Source of the DNA: Oligoflexus sp.
GTDB taxonomy: Bacteria; Bdellovibrionota_B; Oligoflexia; Oligoflexales; Oligoflexaceae
Assembly: GCA_041736305.1 (NCBI GenBank)
Contig: JBGSTX010000044.1
Coordinates: 1 to 17,847, forward strand
Direction: 5' to 3'
DNA length: 17,847 nucleotides
In this document: positions 1 to 8,097 of the stretch, one piece after another
How the letters are laid out: every line of letters starts with the position of its first letter
Position numbering within the stretch: the first letter of the stretch is position 1
Made by a program: the position numbers and the translations under genes
Notes under the pieces: model-generated
Database searches by the model: none
The model's input: only the letters and a program-made list of their open reading frames with translations
What the model was told of the DNA's origin: nothing

Positions 1-432
1 TTTTAGATAACTGCCCTGGTCGGCATAGATGCCCCGTAGGAAGTTGGAAAATTCGCCTTTAGGACTGACACTGCGGGATATATTGTAGTAGTAGCCATCT
101 TTCGATACCACCTGATAGACCTGCGATGCATCAACGCCAGGGCCGAATTCCTGGTCCGACCAAAGATTGCGCCAAGCTCCTGCCACATCATCAAGCTTCT
201 CCGCTTCCAAACGATCCGGGGTCAAAGCCAGGAGTTCATTCACCAAGGGCTGCAATTGATTACGGACCTCAAGGTAGTTGTCGGTGCGATTAGTATTGGT
301 TTTGGCGATGGACTGAATATCCCGCTTCAATTCTTCAATGCGGGATGCCTTTTCGGGCGAGCCCTGGGCAGCACTGACAGCGGATGCCCATAGAAGACCG
401 GCGCCCAAAGCCATGCGAGTGAATAGCATCAT
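1..432 (-). CDS. Secreted hypothetical protein, possibly PAP/fibrillin (lipocalin-like) family; 3' end truncated by the window edge
   Basis: Not in the ORF track; translated by hand. ATG at 432-430 with GAGGAG 8 nt upstream (446-441), open to position 1. Sequence: MMLFTRMALGAGLLWASAVSAAQGSPEKASRIEELKRDIQSIAKTNTNRTDNYLEVRNQLQPLVNELLALTPDRLEAEKLDDVAGAWRNLWSDQEFG... It has a Sec-type signal peptide. Two helices followed by 'VAGAWRNLWS' resemble the fibrillin/lipocalin 'LxGxWxLxY/W(S/T)' motif (family call is inference). Confidence 0.8.
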   Translation of the reverse strand, partial: MMLFTRMALGAGLLWASAVSAAQGSPEKASRIEELKRDIQSIAKTNTNRTDNYLEVRNQLQPLVNELLALTPDRLEAEKLDDVAGAWRNLWSDQEFGPGVDASQVYQVVSKDGYYYNISRSVSPKGEFSNFLRGIYADQGSYLK

Positions 433-809
433 AATAATTTCTCCTCGGTAAATTCTTGGGAAAAGACTTCGATTCACATCGTAGCTTTATCATGATCCGC
501 AACTCCGCGGTAGCTAGCATATTTACCTAATCGAATTATGAAGTCATCGACTCGGCTTCAGCGAGAGATGATACTTAGGAAATTCTAAGGTGAGTCAGGA
601 ATCTGGAAAACAATCAAGGCAAAGAAGTTCGATCCCGCTACGCAAAGGATCAGATCCAGCGACGGCGCAAAAACATGACAGAGAATCTGAAGCCAAACTA
701 TTCGCGCTTTGTCGGCAAATTTGCTATCAGCAGCAGGGTCCAACTTCAGAGGTATAATGACCCCATTTTGATTGAGACCACCTGTAAACCACAGATAACA
801 CAGTTTCGG

Positions 810-1088
810 CTACTTTATATTGCGCCGGGACAACATCAGGGGCATCTCTTGCAGGGGAACGTTGTTGGGCTCAACCAATAATTGGGTGAGGCTTACTGGA
901 TTTTTAAGGACGGTGCACAGCCATACCGTAGTACGTGCCAACATCTGAGACTTGGCTGTTGATATAAGGGCCTTGCTGTCTCCCAGGTCGGAGATAATCT
1001 TTTGCTTTTCTTGCCTTGTAATGACGATAACCTGGTTCTTAAACTCCAGGAAATGGGTGCAGACATCGAGTTCGTTTGATCCAGCCAC
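810..1088 (-). CDS. Possible small hypothetical protein (92 aa)
   Basis: GTG-start ORF filling an otherwise empty ~720-bp gap. Composition is protein-like, but there is no clear RBS and no recognisable motif. Confidence 0.3.
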   Translation of the reverse strand: MAGSNELDVCTHFLEFKNQVIVITRQEKQKIISDLGDSKALISTAKSQMLARTTVWLCTVLKNPVSLTQLLVEPNNVPLQEMPLMLSRRNIK

Positions 1089-1093
1089 TTTAT

Positions 1094-1122
1094 TTGCACC
1101 CAGAGGGGCCGCCGGCTACAAT
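1094..1122 (+). promoter_or_regulatory. Sigma70-like promoter for the lipoprotein gene (and possibly the lemA operon)
   Basis: TTGCAC (1094-1099), 17-nt spacer, TACAAT (1117-1122), 36 nt upstream of the ATG at 1159. Confidence 0.6.
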
Positions 1123-1158
1123 AGGCTAAAGCTTACATATTTAGCTAGGCAGCCCCAT

Positions 1159-1830
1159 ATGAAATTTTTTACGTTTCTTTTGCTTTTCGCTTTTGTTTGC
1201 GCCTGTTCCTCACCTAGCGATAAGAATACTTCGCTGCGGGCTGTGGTCGATGGTCCCTGGACTTCGGGCTGCATAGCGCTCTCGCCTCCCGACACCTTCG
1301 CCTCATACGAAATCAGACTCGAGCTTGCGCGGGCCAGCATTTACGATCGCCGCGAACGCTACTTCAAAGACTCGGCTTGCCAGGAGCAGCTAGGTGAGGT
1401 GCGCTTTCAAGGGACTTACGAACTGAGCGTGACGCCAACTGAATTTGTCTATCTCATCGATATCGAAATCGAAAAACTCAGTGCTTTGGCTTCTAATGAA
1501 GTCGGGCGGCAGACTTTTGAAAATCTGCGCTACTGCGGGGTCAGTGCGTGGACTACGGGCAAGGAAGAGGATATCGGTCTCAGTACGAGCTTACCCTGCC
1601 GATCGTTTGGTGCTGTTCCCTTCAAAAACTGGAATCTCTTGGCTATCAGACGCGGCCAGAGCCTGAGCTTCGGCGCGGATCTGAGCCCTGATAACCTGCG
1701 ACCCGATCAGATCGAAGAGGAAGCACCCAATCGGAAGTTTGCTCCGGTCCGATTAAATATATTCGATCCGTTCACCGGCAAAAATAAAAGGAGAGATTGC
1801 TGCACGACGCCTTTCACTGGTGTAAGGTGA
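1159..1830 (+). CDS. Hypothetical lipoprotein with several Cys residues, likely beta-rich
   Basis: In-frame ATG at 1159 within ORF 952..1830 gives MKFFTFLLLFAFVCAC-SSP, a signal peptide II with lipobox-like VCAC. The upstream promoter supports this start over 952. The mature region has alternating hydrophobic strands and Cys in WTSGC, DSACQ, RYCG and LPCR. Confidence 0.75.
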   Translation: MKFFTFLLLFAFVCACSSPSDKNTSLRAVVDGPWTSGCIALSPPDTFASYEIRLELARASIYDRRERYFKDSACQEQLGEVRFQGTYELSVTPTEFVYLIDIEIEKLSALASNEVGRQTFENLRYCGVSAWTTGKEEDIGLSTSLPCRSFGAVPFKNWNLLAIRRGQSLSFGADLSPDNLRPDQIEEEAPNRKFAPVRLNIFDPFTGKNKRRDCCTTPFTGVR

Positions 1831-1869
1831 AGAGGGTTTCACCCTTCAGCTCGATAAAGGAGGATAGTC

Positions 1870-2469
1870 ATGCAGCTTAAATCTCTAATAAAGTGGCTCG
1901 CCTGCTTGAGTATGCTCAGCACGCTCACGGCTTGTGGCCTGCAAGATATACCGAGAGCCCGCAACAGTGTCGATGCGGCCATGGCGGAAGTCACTAATCA
2001 GTACAAAAGACGGGCCGATCTTATTCCGAACTTAGTCAACGTGGTGAAGGGCTATGCCAAGCATGAGCAAGACACTCTGACGGCAGTGGTCGAAGCCAGG
2101 GCGAAAGCCACTCAGGCGACGATCGACCCGAGCAAGCTCGACCCACAAAAAATGCAGGAATTTATCAGTGCCCAGGGCAGCCTGAGTCAGGCTCTTGGAC
2201 GTTTGATGGTAGTGGTCGAAAAATATCCTGATCTCAAAGCTGATCAGAGTTTCCGCGACCTTCAGGCCCAGTTGGAGGGGACCGAAAATCGGGTGACGAT
2301 AGCGCGGCAGCGGGCTATCGCTTCTATCAACGACTTCAATAACCTCATTACGGTGCCACCGACTAGTTTTACCAACTCACTTATTTACCATCATGAAAAA
2401 CTGCCCCAATGGTCAGTGAGCGATGCCGAGAAACAGCAGATAGAAGCAGCCCCTAAAGTTCAATTTTAA
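1870..2469 (+). CDS. lemA: LemA family protein (lipoprotein-type N-terminus)
   Basis: LemA motifs QYKRRADLIPNLVNVVKGYAKHE, VEKYPDLKADQSFRDLQAQLEGTENR; lipobox LTAC; AGGAGG RBS upstream. Confidence 0.95.
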   Translation: MQLKSLIKWLACLSMLSTLTACGLQDIPRARNSVDAAMAEVTNQYKRRADLIPNLVNVVKGYAKHEQDTLTAVVEARAKATQATIDPSKLDPQKMQEFISAQGSLSQALGRLMVVVEKYPDLKADQSFRDLQAQLEGTENRVTIARQRAIASINDFNNLITVPPTSFTNSLIYHHEKLPQWSVSDAEKQQIEAAPKVQF

Positions 2470-2484
2470 AGTAGGGAGCACTCC

Positions 2485-3291
2485 ATGCCGCGAGCTCTTA
2501 GCTTGAGATGGTGTCTGGCTTTTTTAGTTTTCTTTCTCAGTTTAAAGGCCGCTCCCATCCTAGCGCTGACCCCTGTTCCTTCGCTCACTGGGCCGGTGGT
2601 CGATGCGGGTGGAATTATTTCAACTCAGACTCAAGGCTACCTTGATCAAGAACTGCGGGCTCTACGCGATTCTACGGGAACGCAGCTGGTTGTCCTTACT
2701 GTTCCTGAATTAGAGGGAGAGGATATCGCGCAGTTTTCCATTCGGGTGGTCGAGCAGTGGCAGTTGGGTGATGCCGAGAAAGATCGCGGAGTCCTCCTCT
2801 TGCTCGCTGTCAAAGAGCGAAAGCTGAGAATCGAAGTAGGGCAGGGGCTCGAGGGTGACCTGACCGATGCCTATTCGAAAAGAATCATCGACAAGCGGAT
2901 CGTACCCCTCTTTCGGAATGGCGACTACGATGCCGGCATTATCTCTGGGGTGAATGCGATAGCCAGCATCACCGATCCAAATTTTAGCTTCGGAGGCGAG
3001 GCTGATGCTGGCGGTGGTGTTCCGATCCGTAAAGGGCCGACCGGACTTATCGGAATGTTGCTGCACTTTTTCCCTTTTCTCCTCTTTTTCGGCGTGATGA
3101 TCCTCATGCATGTTATGCGAGGGGGTGGGCGTCATTCGGCTTACCGTCGAGGGTATATCGGTGGTTTGGGAGGTGGCTTCGGTGCTGGTGGTGGTTTCGG
3201 TGGTTTTGGTGGCGGCGGCAGCAGAGGCGGAGGCGGTTTCGGAGGCGGTGGCGGTGGATTCTCAGGTGGAGGAGCATCAGGCGAATGGTAA
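2485..3291 (+). CDS. TPM domain (YgcG/TLP18.3-Psb32-MOLO-1) membrane protein with Gly-rich tail
   Basis: Signal peptide; GPVVDAGGII, QLVVLTVPEL, WQLGDAEKDRGVLLL, RIEVGQGLEGDLTD; one TM helix; tail GGGGGGFSGGGASGEW. Standard neighbour of lemA. Confidence 0.93.
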   Translation: MPRALSLRWCLAFLVFFLSLKAAPILALTPVPSLTGPVVDAGGIISTQTQGYLDQELRALRDSTGTQLVVLTVPELEGEDIAQFSIRVVEQWQLGDAEKDRGVLLLLAVKERKLRIEVGQGLEGDLTDAYSKRIIDKRIVPLFRNGDYDAGIISGVNAIASITDPNFSFGGEADAGGGVPIRKGPTGLIGMLLHFFPFLLFFGVMILMHVMRGGGRHSAYRRGYIGGLGGGFGAGGGFGGFGGGGSRGGGGFGGGGGGFSGGGASGEW

Positions 3292-3947
3292 AAGATATTC
3301 CCAAGTGGTTGGCTACTTATTTGAATCTGGCTGGCGCCGGACGCATAGAAAAAGCAGTGGCACGAGCTGAGACCTCTACTAGCGGAGAAATCGTTCCGCT
3401 GCTGGTGCGACGCTCGACGTCGGTGGCCTTGGTTCCGCTCTCTACCGCTCTGTTTACGGCGCTGCTGGCCTTTGCTATCGAACATAGCCTCGGACTTCTC
3501 AGCAGCCCTCATCTTCTGCAGACCTGGCTATGGATTGCTGTGCTCTTGTGCGTGTCGATGCTCGGCTTTCTCCTCGGTCACTTGCCCTGGGTACAGCGGC
3601 TGCTTCTGCCTCACGGTGAACTAAAAAGCAGCGCTGAGCAAAGAGCCCTCCTTGAGTTCTACCAGGCTCGCCTCAATAAAACCGATGGCGGTACAGGCAT
3701 CCTCCTCTTCGTATCTTTGCTCGAACACCAGGCTTTCGTCTTAGCCGATGAGGGTATCGCTAAGCACTGCCAACCGGCGGTCTTTGAAGGGGTGGTTAAA
3801 GCTCTTATTGAGGGTGCTAAGGCAAAAGATTTGGCGTCAGGATATGAAAAAGCGATAGCTCTTTGCACCGAAATCCTGACACCGTATTTCCCTCTTAAAA
3901 CAGGGGATGTGAATGAACTTAAGGATTATTTGAGGATTAAGGAGTAA
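3285..3947 (+). CDS. TPM domain membrane protein (third gene of the lemA-TPM-TPM operon)
   Basis: IEKAVARAETSTSGEIV, two TM helices, TDGGTGILLFVSLLEHQAFVLADEGI, and C-terminal NELKD. Start overlaps the upstream stop (ATGGTAA). Confidence 0.92.
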   Translation: MVKDIPKWLATYLNLAGAGRIEKAVARAETSTSGEIVPLLVRRSTSVALVPLSTALFTALLAFAIEHSLGLLSSPHLLQTWLWIAVLLCVSMLGFLLGHLPWVQRLLLPHGELKSSAEQRALLEFYQARLNKTDGGTGILLFVSLLEHQAFVLADEGIAKHCQPAVFEGVVKALIEGAKAKDLASGYEKAIALCTEILTPYFPLKTGDVNELKDYLRIKE

Positions 3948-4102
3948 AACAGCGCTATGCAGATGCCGAGAGCGAGAGCAAAACCGTAGAGAAAAATCGA
4001 TCGCTTATGGTTAGGCTCTAGCCTTTCAGTCCCTAACCTCAAAGCGGAAATGATATCCCGGGGATCAAGATCACGGTCTAAATGGGTCTTCGTAAAGCGC
4101 AT
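3926..4102 (-). CDS. Candidate 58-aa small protein with a C-terminal transmembrane helix
   Basis: Hand translation: MRFTKTHLDRDLDPRDIISALRLGTERLEPNHKRSIFLYGFALALGICIALFYSLILK*. It is just shorter than the shortest ORFs in the track (60 aa). GGAAG lies 6 nt before the ATG. It converges on the TPM gene with a 22-nt overlap. Confidence 0.55.
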   Translation of the reverse strand: MRFTKTHLDRDLDPRDIISALRLGTERLEPNHKRSIFLYGFALALGICIALFYSLILK

Positions 4103-4511
4103 GACGAACTTCCATTCTAAGTAGAAGCAGTTTCAGCCTCGAACCCCCTCATCCTTGAAGAAATTCTAAGGTCCGAGCTTAGACAACTTCCAGATATTCT
4201 TGAGAAGGGCCACTCAAGGGCCCCCAGATTTTTTACCATATTTTCGTCAGCAAATCACCCTAGAGCCGCGCCTTTCTCGCTAAGTGACTGAATAGACCGT
4301 GCTCCTGGCGGGAAATCAAAAGCGCGAGCGAGCTCCGACTCCATACCTTTTAGAATTTAAAATGCTCAAAACTTACTCAATCGTTTCAATCGGCGAACAT
4401 TACTTGCGAAAAAGGAGTCGAGGAAAGTAAGTATTATTTTCTCTAGCAAATTTCACCCAAGTCCGAATTCTTTCGTGAGAGTTGGGAGAGATCTTCTAGA
4501 GGAGACCTGCA

Positions 4512-5345
4512 ATGAAGACTTACATTAACGACAAGAATCTGATTTCGACTGCCTTATTTATAATATTGAGCGCTTGCTCCGACCAAACTCAGTTCATCGA
4601 GAGAACTGTAGGTTTCCAAGGTGAAGAATTCGAAAATGGCGAAGCTAGAGTCGCCGGGGACTCTTACTCGGGGGACGCAGTTGTAGAAGCTAGCACTGAA
4701 GCTACTAGCGAGCTGCCTTCGGACCTTGGTACGGAAGCGACTGTTGAAGATGATAAAGGGGCTTCCGGTGGATCGACAGTTGGGGATATACCGAATCAAA
4801 ATGCCGGGCAGAACCAAAATCCGGTAGTTATGAAGCCGAATACCAATACGGGACTTTTCAGCCTTTGTGCTGATATGCCTAAAAATGCAATTGTCGCTCA
4901 GGTTTATCCTTTGCAGGTTAACACCAATAACTTGCCAGATTTTGCTAGTCTAACTCCGGTCGGTGAGGATATCTGCCTCGAGCAACTCAACATTAGCAAG
5001 CGGGCTTTTACTGAGGGTTTTCCTGAAGTTGAGCAGTTGATCGAGTGGTTCGGCCTCGATATTAATTTCAAGGTCGAAGTCCCTGCCTCTGGCACCTATA
5101 CTTTTACCTTAAGTTCGGATGACGGGAGTCTGCTCTTCATCGACAATAATTCGGTGATCAATAATGATGGTCTGCACGAAGTGAAGGAAAAATCGGCGGC
5201 AGTCTATCTTACCAAGGGCTCTCACACGGTCCACATCAAGTACTTCCAAGGACCTCGCTACCACATAGCCTTGGAACTCTTCTGGAAGGTGCCGGGAGCT
5301 GCTAGTCGGAGCTATATCCCTACTGCCCTTATGAGTCGTCCCTAA
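4512..5345 (+). CDS. PA14 domain-containing lipoprotein
   Basis: GAGGAG RBS; lipobox LSAC; acidic/Asn-Gln linker; C-terminal PA14 features (VPASGTYTFTLSSDDGSLLFIDNNSVINNDGLH, LTKGSHTVHIKYFQG, LELFWKVPG). Confidence 0.88.
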   Translation: MKTYINDKNLISTALFIILSACSDQTQFIERTVGFQGEEFENGEARVAGDSYSGDAVVEASTEATSELPSDLGTEATVEDDKGASGGSTVGDIPNQNAGQNQNPVVMKPNTNTGLFSLCADMPKNAIVAQVYPLQVNTNNLPDFASLTPVGEDICLEQLNISKRAFTEGFPEVEQLIEWFGLDINFKVEVPASGTYTFTLSSDDGSLLFIDNNSVINNDGLHEVKEKSAAVYLTKGSHTVHIKYFQGPRYHIALELFWKVPGAASRSYIPTALMSRP

Positions 5346-5366
5346 TCGCTTTTTCGTACAGTAAAT

Positions 5367-5404
5367 AAAAAGAAGGCTGAGAACTTGGTGTCTCAGCCTT
5401 CTTT
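5367..5404. terminator. Intrinsic terminator, probably bidirectional, between the convergent PA14 and TonB receptor genes
   Basis: 14-bp perfect stem AAAGAAGGCTGAGA (5369-5382) / TCTCAGCCTTCTTT (5391-5404) with an 8-nt loop. An A-tract on the left gives a U-tail on the minus strand; a short T-tract lies on the right. Confidence 0.88.
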
Positions 5405-5412
5405 GCGTTGGA

Positions 5413-7974
5413 TCAGAAGTTTTGTGTTACGCGGAGATAGTACTCCCTGCCTTGGATATCGTAGATGCTGCTGTTGACATCACCCATTGCCGTATCATCG
5501 ATGCCGCCCTGCTTGTTAAGTAGGTTCACAACACCGAAGGCGATATCGCCATTCCACGTACCCTTGTAGCGCGTCTGCAGGTCGTAACGTGTAAACTGAG
5601 GCAAGCGCTGGGTATCGTCGGCTTGCTTGCCGTGAGTGCCCACCGTGTTGGCGACGAGCGCGATACCGTACTGATCGCGGAAACCGAGGTCTAGAGAGTG
5701 ATTGAACTTCCACTTGTAGACACCGTTGCGGCCGAGGTCGTTCTTTTCGGGACGACCAGCGGGCTGAGTCTTGTTTTCGAGGTACCAGGTTCCTAGTCCC
5801 TGATAAGCTAGCAGGTAGTCACCCATACGATAGCCGTAGTCAAGACCTGCATCGATACCGGCTATGGTGGACTTGGAAAGATTTTGAATCGGTAGGTCGA
5901 TGTATTCGATTGTATTGTTGTTTGCAGCTGAGCGAACCACAGCAGGATCCTCTTCGTCGACCAGGTCCTGCAATTCGCGGTAGTCGATAATATCCCGCGA
6001 CTTAATCTTCCAGTAATCGGCCGTTATCGTCAGGGCCTCGACGGGTGCAGCGACGAAACCGAAGGCAAGGATTTCAGACTTTTCGGGATCCAGATTCTCA
6101 TTGCTGGTTCGGACATTTTTTATGGCTTTATTGGCTTCAGGATTGTTGGGGCAGTCGTCCCTCGATATCTCGGGAACCTGATTCTTACAGTAAACATAGT
6201 CGACCACCGGATTGAAGGAAACACCGCTGGCCCCGTACATGTTCCTGAGCGAAGGAGCCTTGAACGCGGTACCTGCCGAGCCACGTAGCTTCAGTTCCTG
6301 CAGCGGTGAATAAGAAAGACTCAGCTGAGGATTGAAGGTCGAACCAGAATCTGAATACTGATCAAAGCGAGCCGCTAAGCCTGCCTCAACTTTAGGAAGC
6401 GGCACCAGATTCGCTTCGGCGAAGAGCGACATGACTTCTCTATCACCTTTGCCAGGCGAGCCCGCAACATTAAGCAGCTGCTGCTCGCTCGAAGGGGTGT
6501 CCCACTCTACATCGAAAGATTCATTCTGCACCGAGGCACCGATAGCCACTCCGATAGCTTGCTCGTTTAAAGTACCGATCTGACCCGAAGTCTGTAACTC
6601 TAGGCCCGCAGTATTGGATTTCTCCAGATAATGCGAAGAGACGAGGAGGGTGTTTCGCAGAGTCGCAATGTCGAGATTAGGATCCCATGGAATCAGACGA
6701 CCTTCATTCAACGCTGCATTGGTTTCGGCTATGCGCAACTTAGGAAATGAGTTCGAGGACGTCGCCGTCCCGGAAGCGTTAGCGGAGACTTTCCAGTCCC
6801 AACCATTGCCGAAGTCTCCTTCGAGACCCGTAGTAACGCCGACGAGATTGGCTTCTTTTTCAGTGACCGAATTGCCGAAGGTCGCAAAGCGCAGATTTAG
6901 GCCAATTCCATCGGCGGGTCGGTTGCCGTTGAAGCCTGGGAAGAGAGCACGAAAACGGGCTTCGTCCATGCCGTCGACTACGGCTTTATCGATCCTCGCG
7001 TTAAGGTCGCGATTGAGAGTGCCTTCGGGCCGCAGCTGACTCTTGGTCTTCTGATGTGAAGCGATGAGTTTGGCCGTGAAGATCTTATTGTTCGGCAAGT
7101 CGAGCGAGAAATTATAGAGGCCCGATAGACGATCGTAGGAAGGAAGGAGACTGTTGAAGTTGTTATAGTTGAAATCACAGCCGGGGGCCTGGTTGACCTG
7201 ACCATTGCTTTCAGAATAATTCGGACAGCCTGCCGCAGCGAAGGTCTGCGCGACGCCACCGACAGTCCCGGAATAGGTACCAGGGTAGCCGGTTAGTGAG
7301 TTTCTATCGCGAGCAAAATCGCGGTCTTTTGCGATCAGCTGGGCTTGGTGCGTGTAATTGAAAACCAGAACTGAGCTCGTGTTGTCCGTCGTGAAACCAG
7401 TCGTCGCGCTTATGGACTGCGAATCACCCCCCGGCTTAGTCGGTTTTTTGACCTGAACTTGGACCTGGGTGCCTGAGTAGTTCTTCTTGGTGATGATATT
7501 GATCACCCCGCCAACTGCGTCGGCTCCGTAGACAGCGGATGCGCTTTGACGCAAAATGTCTATTTTCTCAATAGCCGCGATGGGAATCGAGTTGAGGTCT
7601 ACCGCTGCCAGTTCGGGATGCTTCGGTAGGCGCACGCCGTCGATAAGTACCAGGGTTCGGTCCGCTCCCAAGCCCTTCAAACTCACTGTGGCAACACCAC
7701 CAGCAACCGAAGCCCCACCGCCATTGAAGGAAGCCGTTGAGCCCGAAAAGTTCTGCAGGAGATCGCGTACCGTTGAAGAACCGGTCTTCTCGATCTGCTC
7801 TTTGCCGATGACCGTCACCGGGTTGGTGCCTTCCGCATCGATTTTCTTAATCCTGGAACCCGTGACTTGAATGCGTTCTGGCTTTTTGTCCGCATTCTGG
7901 GCCCAGAGAGTTGGTGTCATGAGGCCGAGACTAATAAAAGAGATAAAAAAGTTATTCTGCTTCAGCTTTTGCAT
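5413..7974 (-). CDS. TonB-dependent outer membrane receptor
   Basis: Signal peptide; TonB-box region ERIQVTGSRI; plug motifs SLKGLGADRTLVLIDGVR and IEKIDILRQSASAVYGADAVGGVINIITKK; barrel motif NENLDPEKS; C-terminal GREYYLRVTQNF ending in Phe. Confidence 0.95.
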   Translation of the reverse strand: MQKLKQNNFFISFISLGLMTPTLWAQNADKKPERIQVTGSRIKKIDAEGTNPVTVIGKEQIEKTGSSTVRDLLQNFSGSTASFNGGGASVAGGVATVSLKGLGADRTLVLIDGVRLPKHPELAAVDLNSIPIAAIEKIDILRQSASAVYGADAVGGVINIITKKNYSGTQVQVQVKKPTKPGGDSQSISATTGFTTDNTSSVLVFNYTHQAQLIAKDRDFARDRNSLTGYPGTYSGTVGGVAQTFAAAGCPNYSESNGQVNQAPGCDFNYNNFNSLLPSYDRLSGLYNFSLDLPNNKIFTAKLIASHQKTKSQLRPEGTLNRDLNARIDKAVVDGMDEARFRALFPGFNGNRPADGIGLNLRFATFGNSVTEKEANLVGVTTGLEGDFGNGWDWKVSANASGTATSSNSFPKLRIAETNAALNEGRLIPWDPNLDIATLRNTLLVSSHYLEKSNTAGLELQTSGQIGTLNEQAIGVAIGASVQNESFDVEWDTPSSEQQLLNVAGSPGKGDREVMSLFAEANLVPLPKVEAGLAARFDQYSDSGSTFNPQLSLSYSPLQELKLRGSAGTAFKAPSLRNMYGASGVSFNPVVDYVYCKNQVPEISRDDCPNNPEANKAIKNVRTSNENLDPEKSEILAFGFVAAPVEALTITADYWKIKSRDIIDYRELQDLVDEEDPAVVRSAANNNTIEYIDLPIQNLSKSTIAGIDAGLDYGYRMGDYLLAYQGLGTWYLENKTQPAGRPEKNDLGRNGVYKWKFNHSLDLGFRDQYGIALVANTVGTHGKQADDTQRLPQFTRYDLQTRYKGTWNGDIAFGVVNLLNKQGGIDDTAMGDVNSSIYDIQGREYYLRVTQNF

Positions 7975-8056
7975 GTGCCCTCTAATAATAACTGCTTAGG
8001 AGCCATGCGTCACGGCTTGGACGTCTGGACGAGCTCCCACGCAAAGTCTAGTGACA

Positions 8057-8084
8057 TTTATACGTGGGGGAATGGTGCGGTCAA
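8057..8084 (-). promoter_or_regulatory. Possible sigma70-like promoter for the TonB-dependent receptor
   Basis: Minus strand TTGACC (8084-8079), 16-nt spacer, TATAAA (8062-8057). Confidence 0.4.
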
Positions 8085-8097
8085 GGTTTTGCTGAAG

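Noticed and set aside
3-520. ORFs 3..194 and 335..520 (minus)
   Set aside because: Out-of-frame overlaps of the better supported CDS 1..432, which has an RBS and signal peptide.
675-881. 68-aa plus-strand ORF
   Set aside because: No RBS or recognisable motif; partly overlaps another equally weak ORF.
952-1158. N-terminal extension of the 292-aa ORF
   Set aside because: A signal peptide/lipobox begins at ATG 1159 and a sigma70-like promoter lies inside the extension.
3113-3512. Pro-rich and His/Arg-rich antisense ORFs
   Set aside because: Mirror images of the Gly-rich GGN codons in the TPM protein tail.
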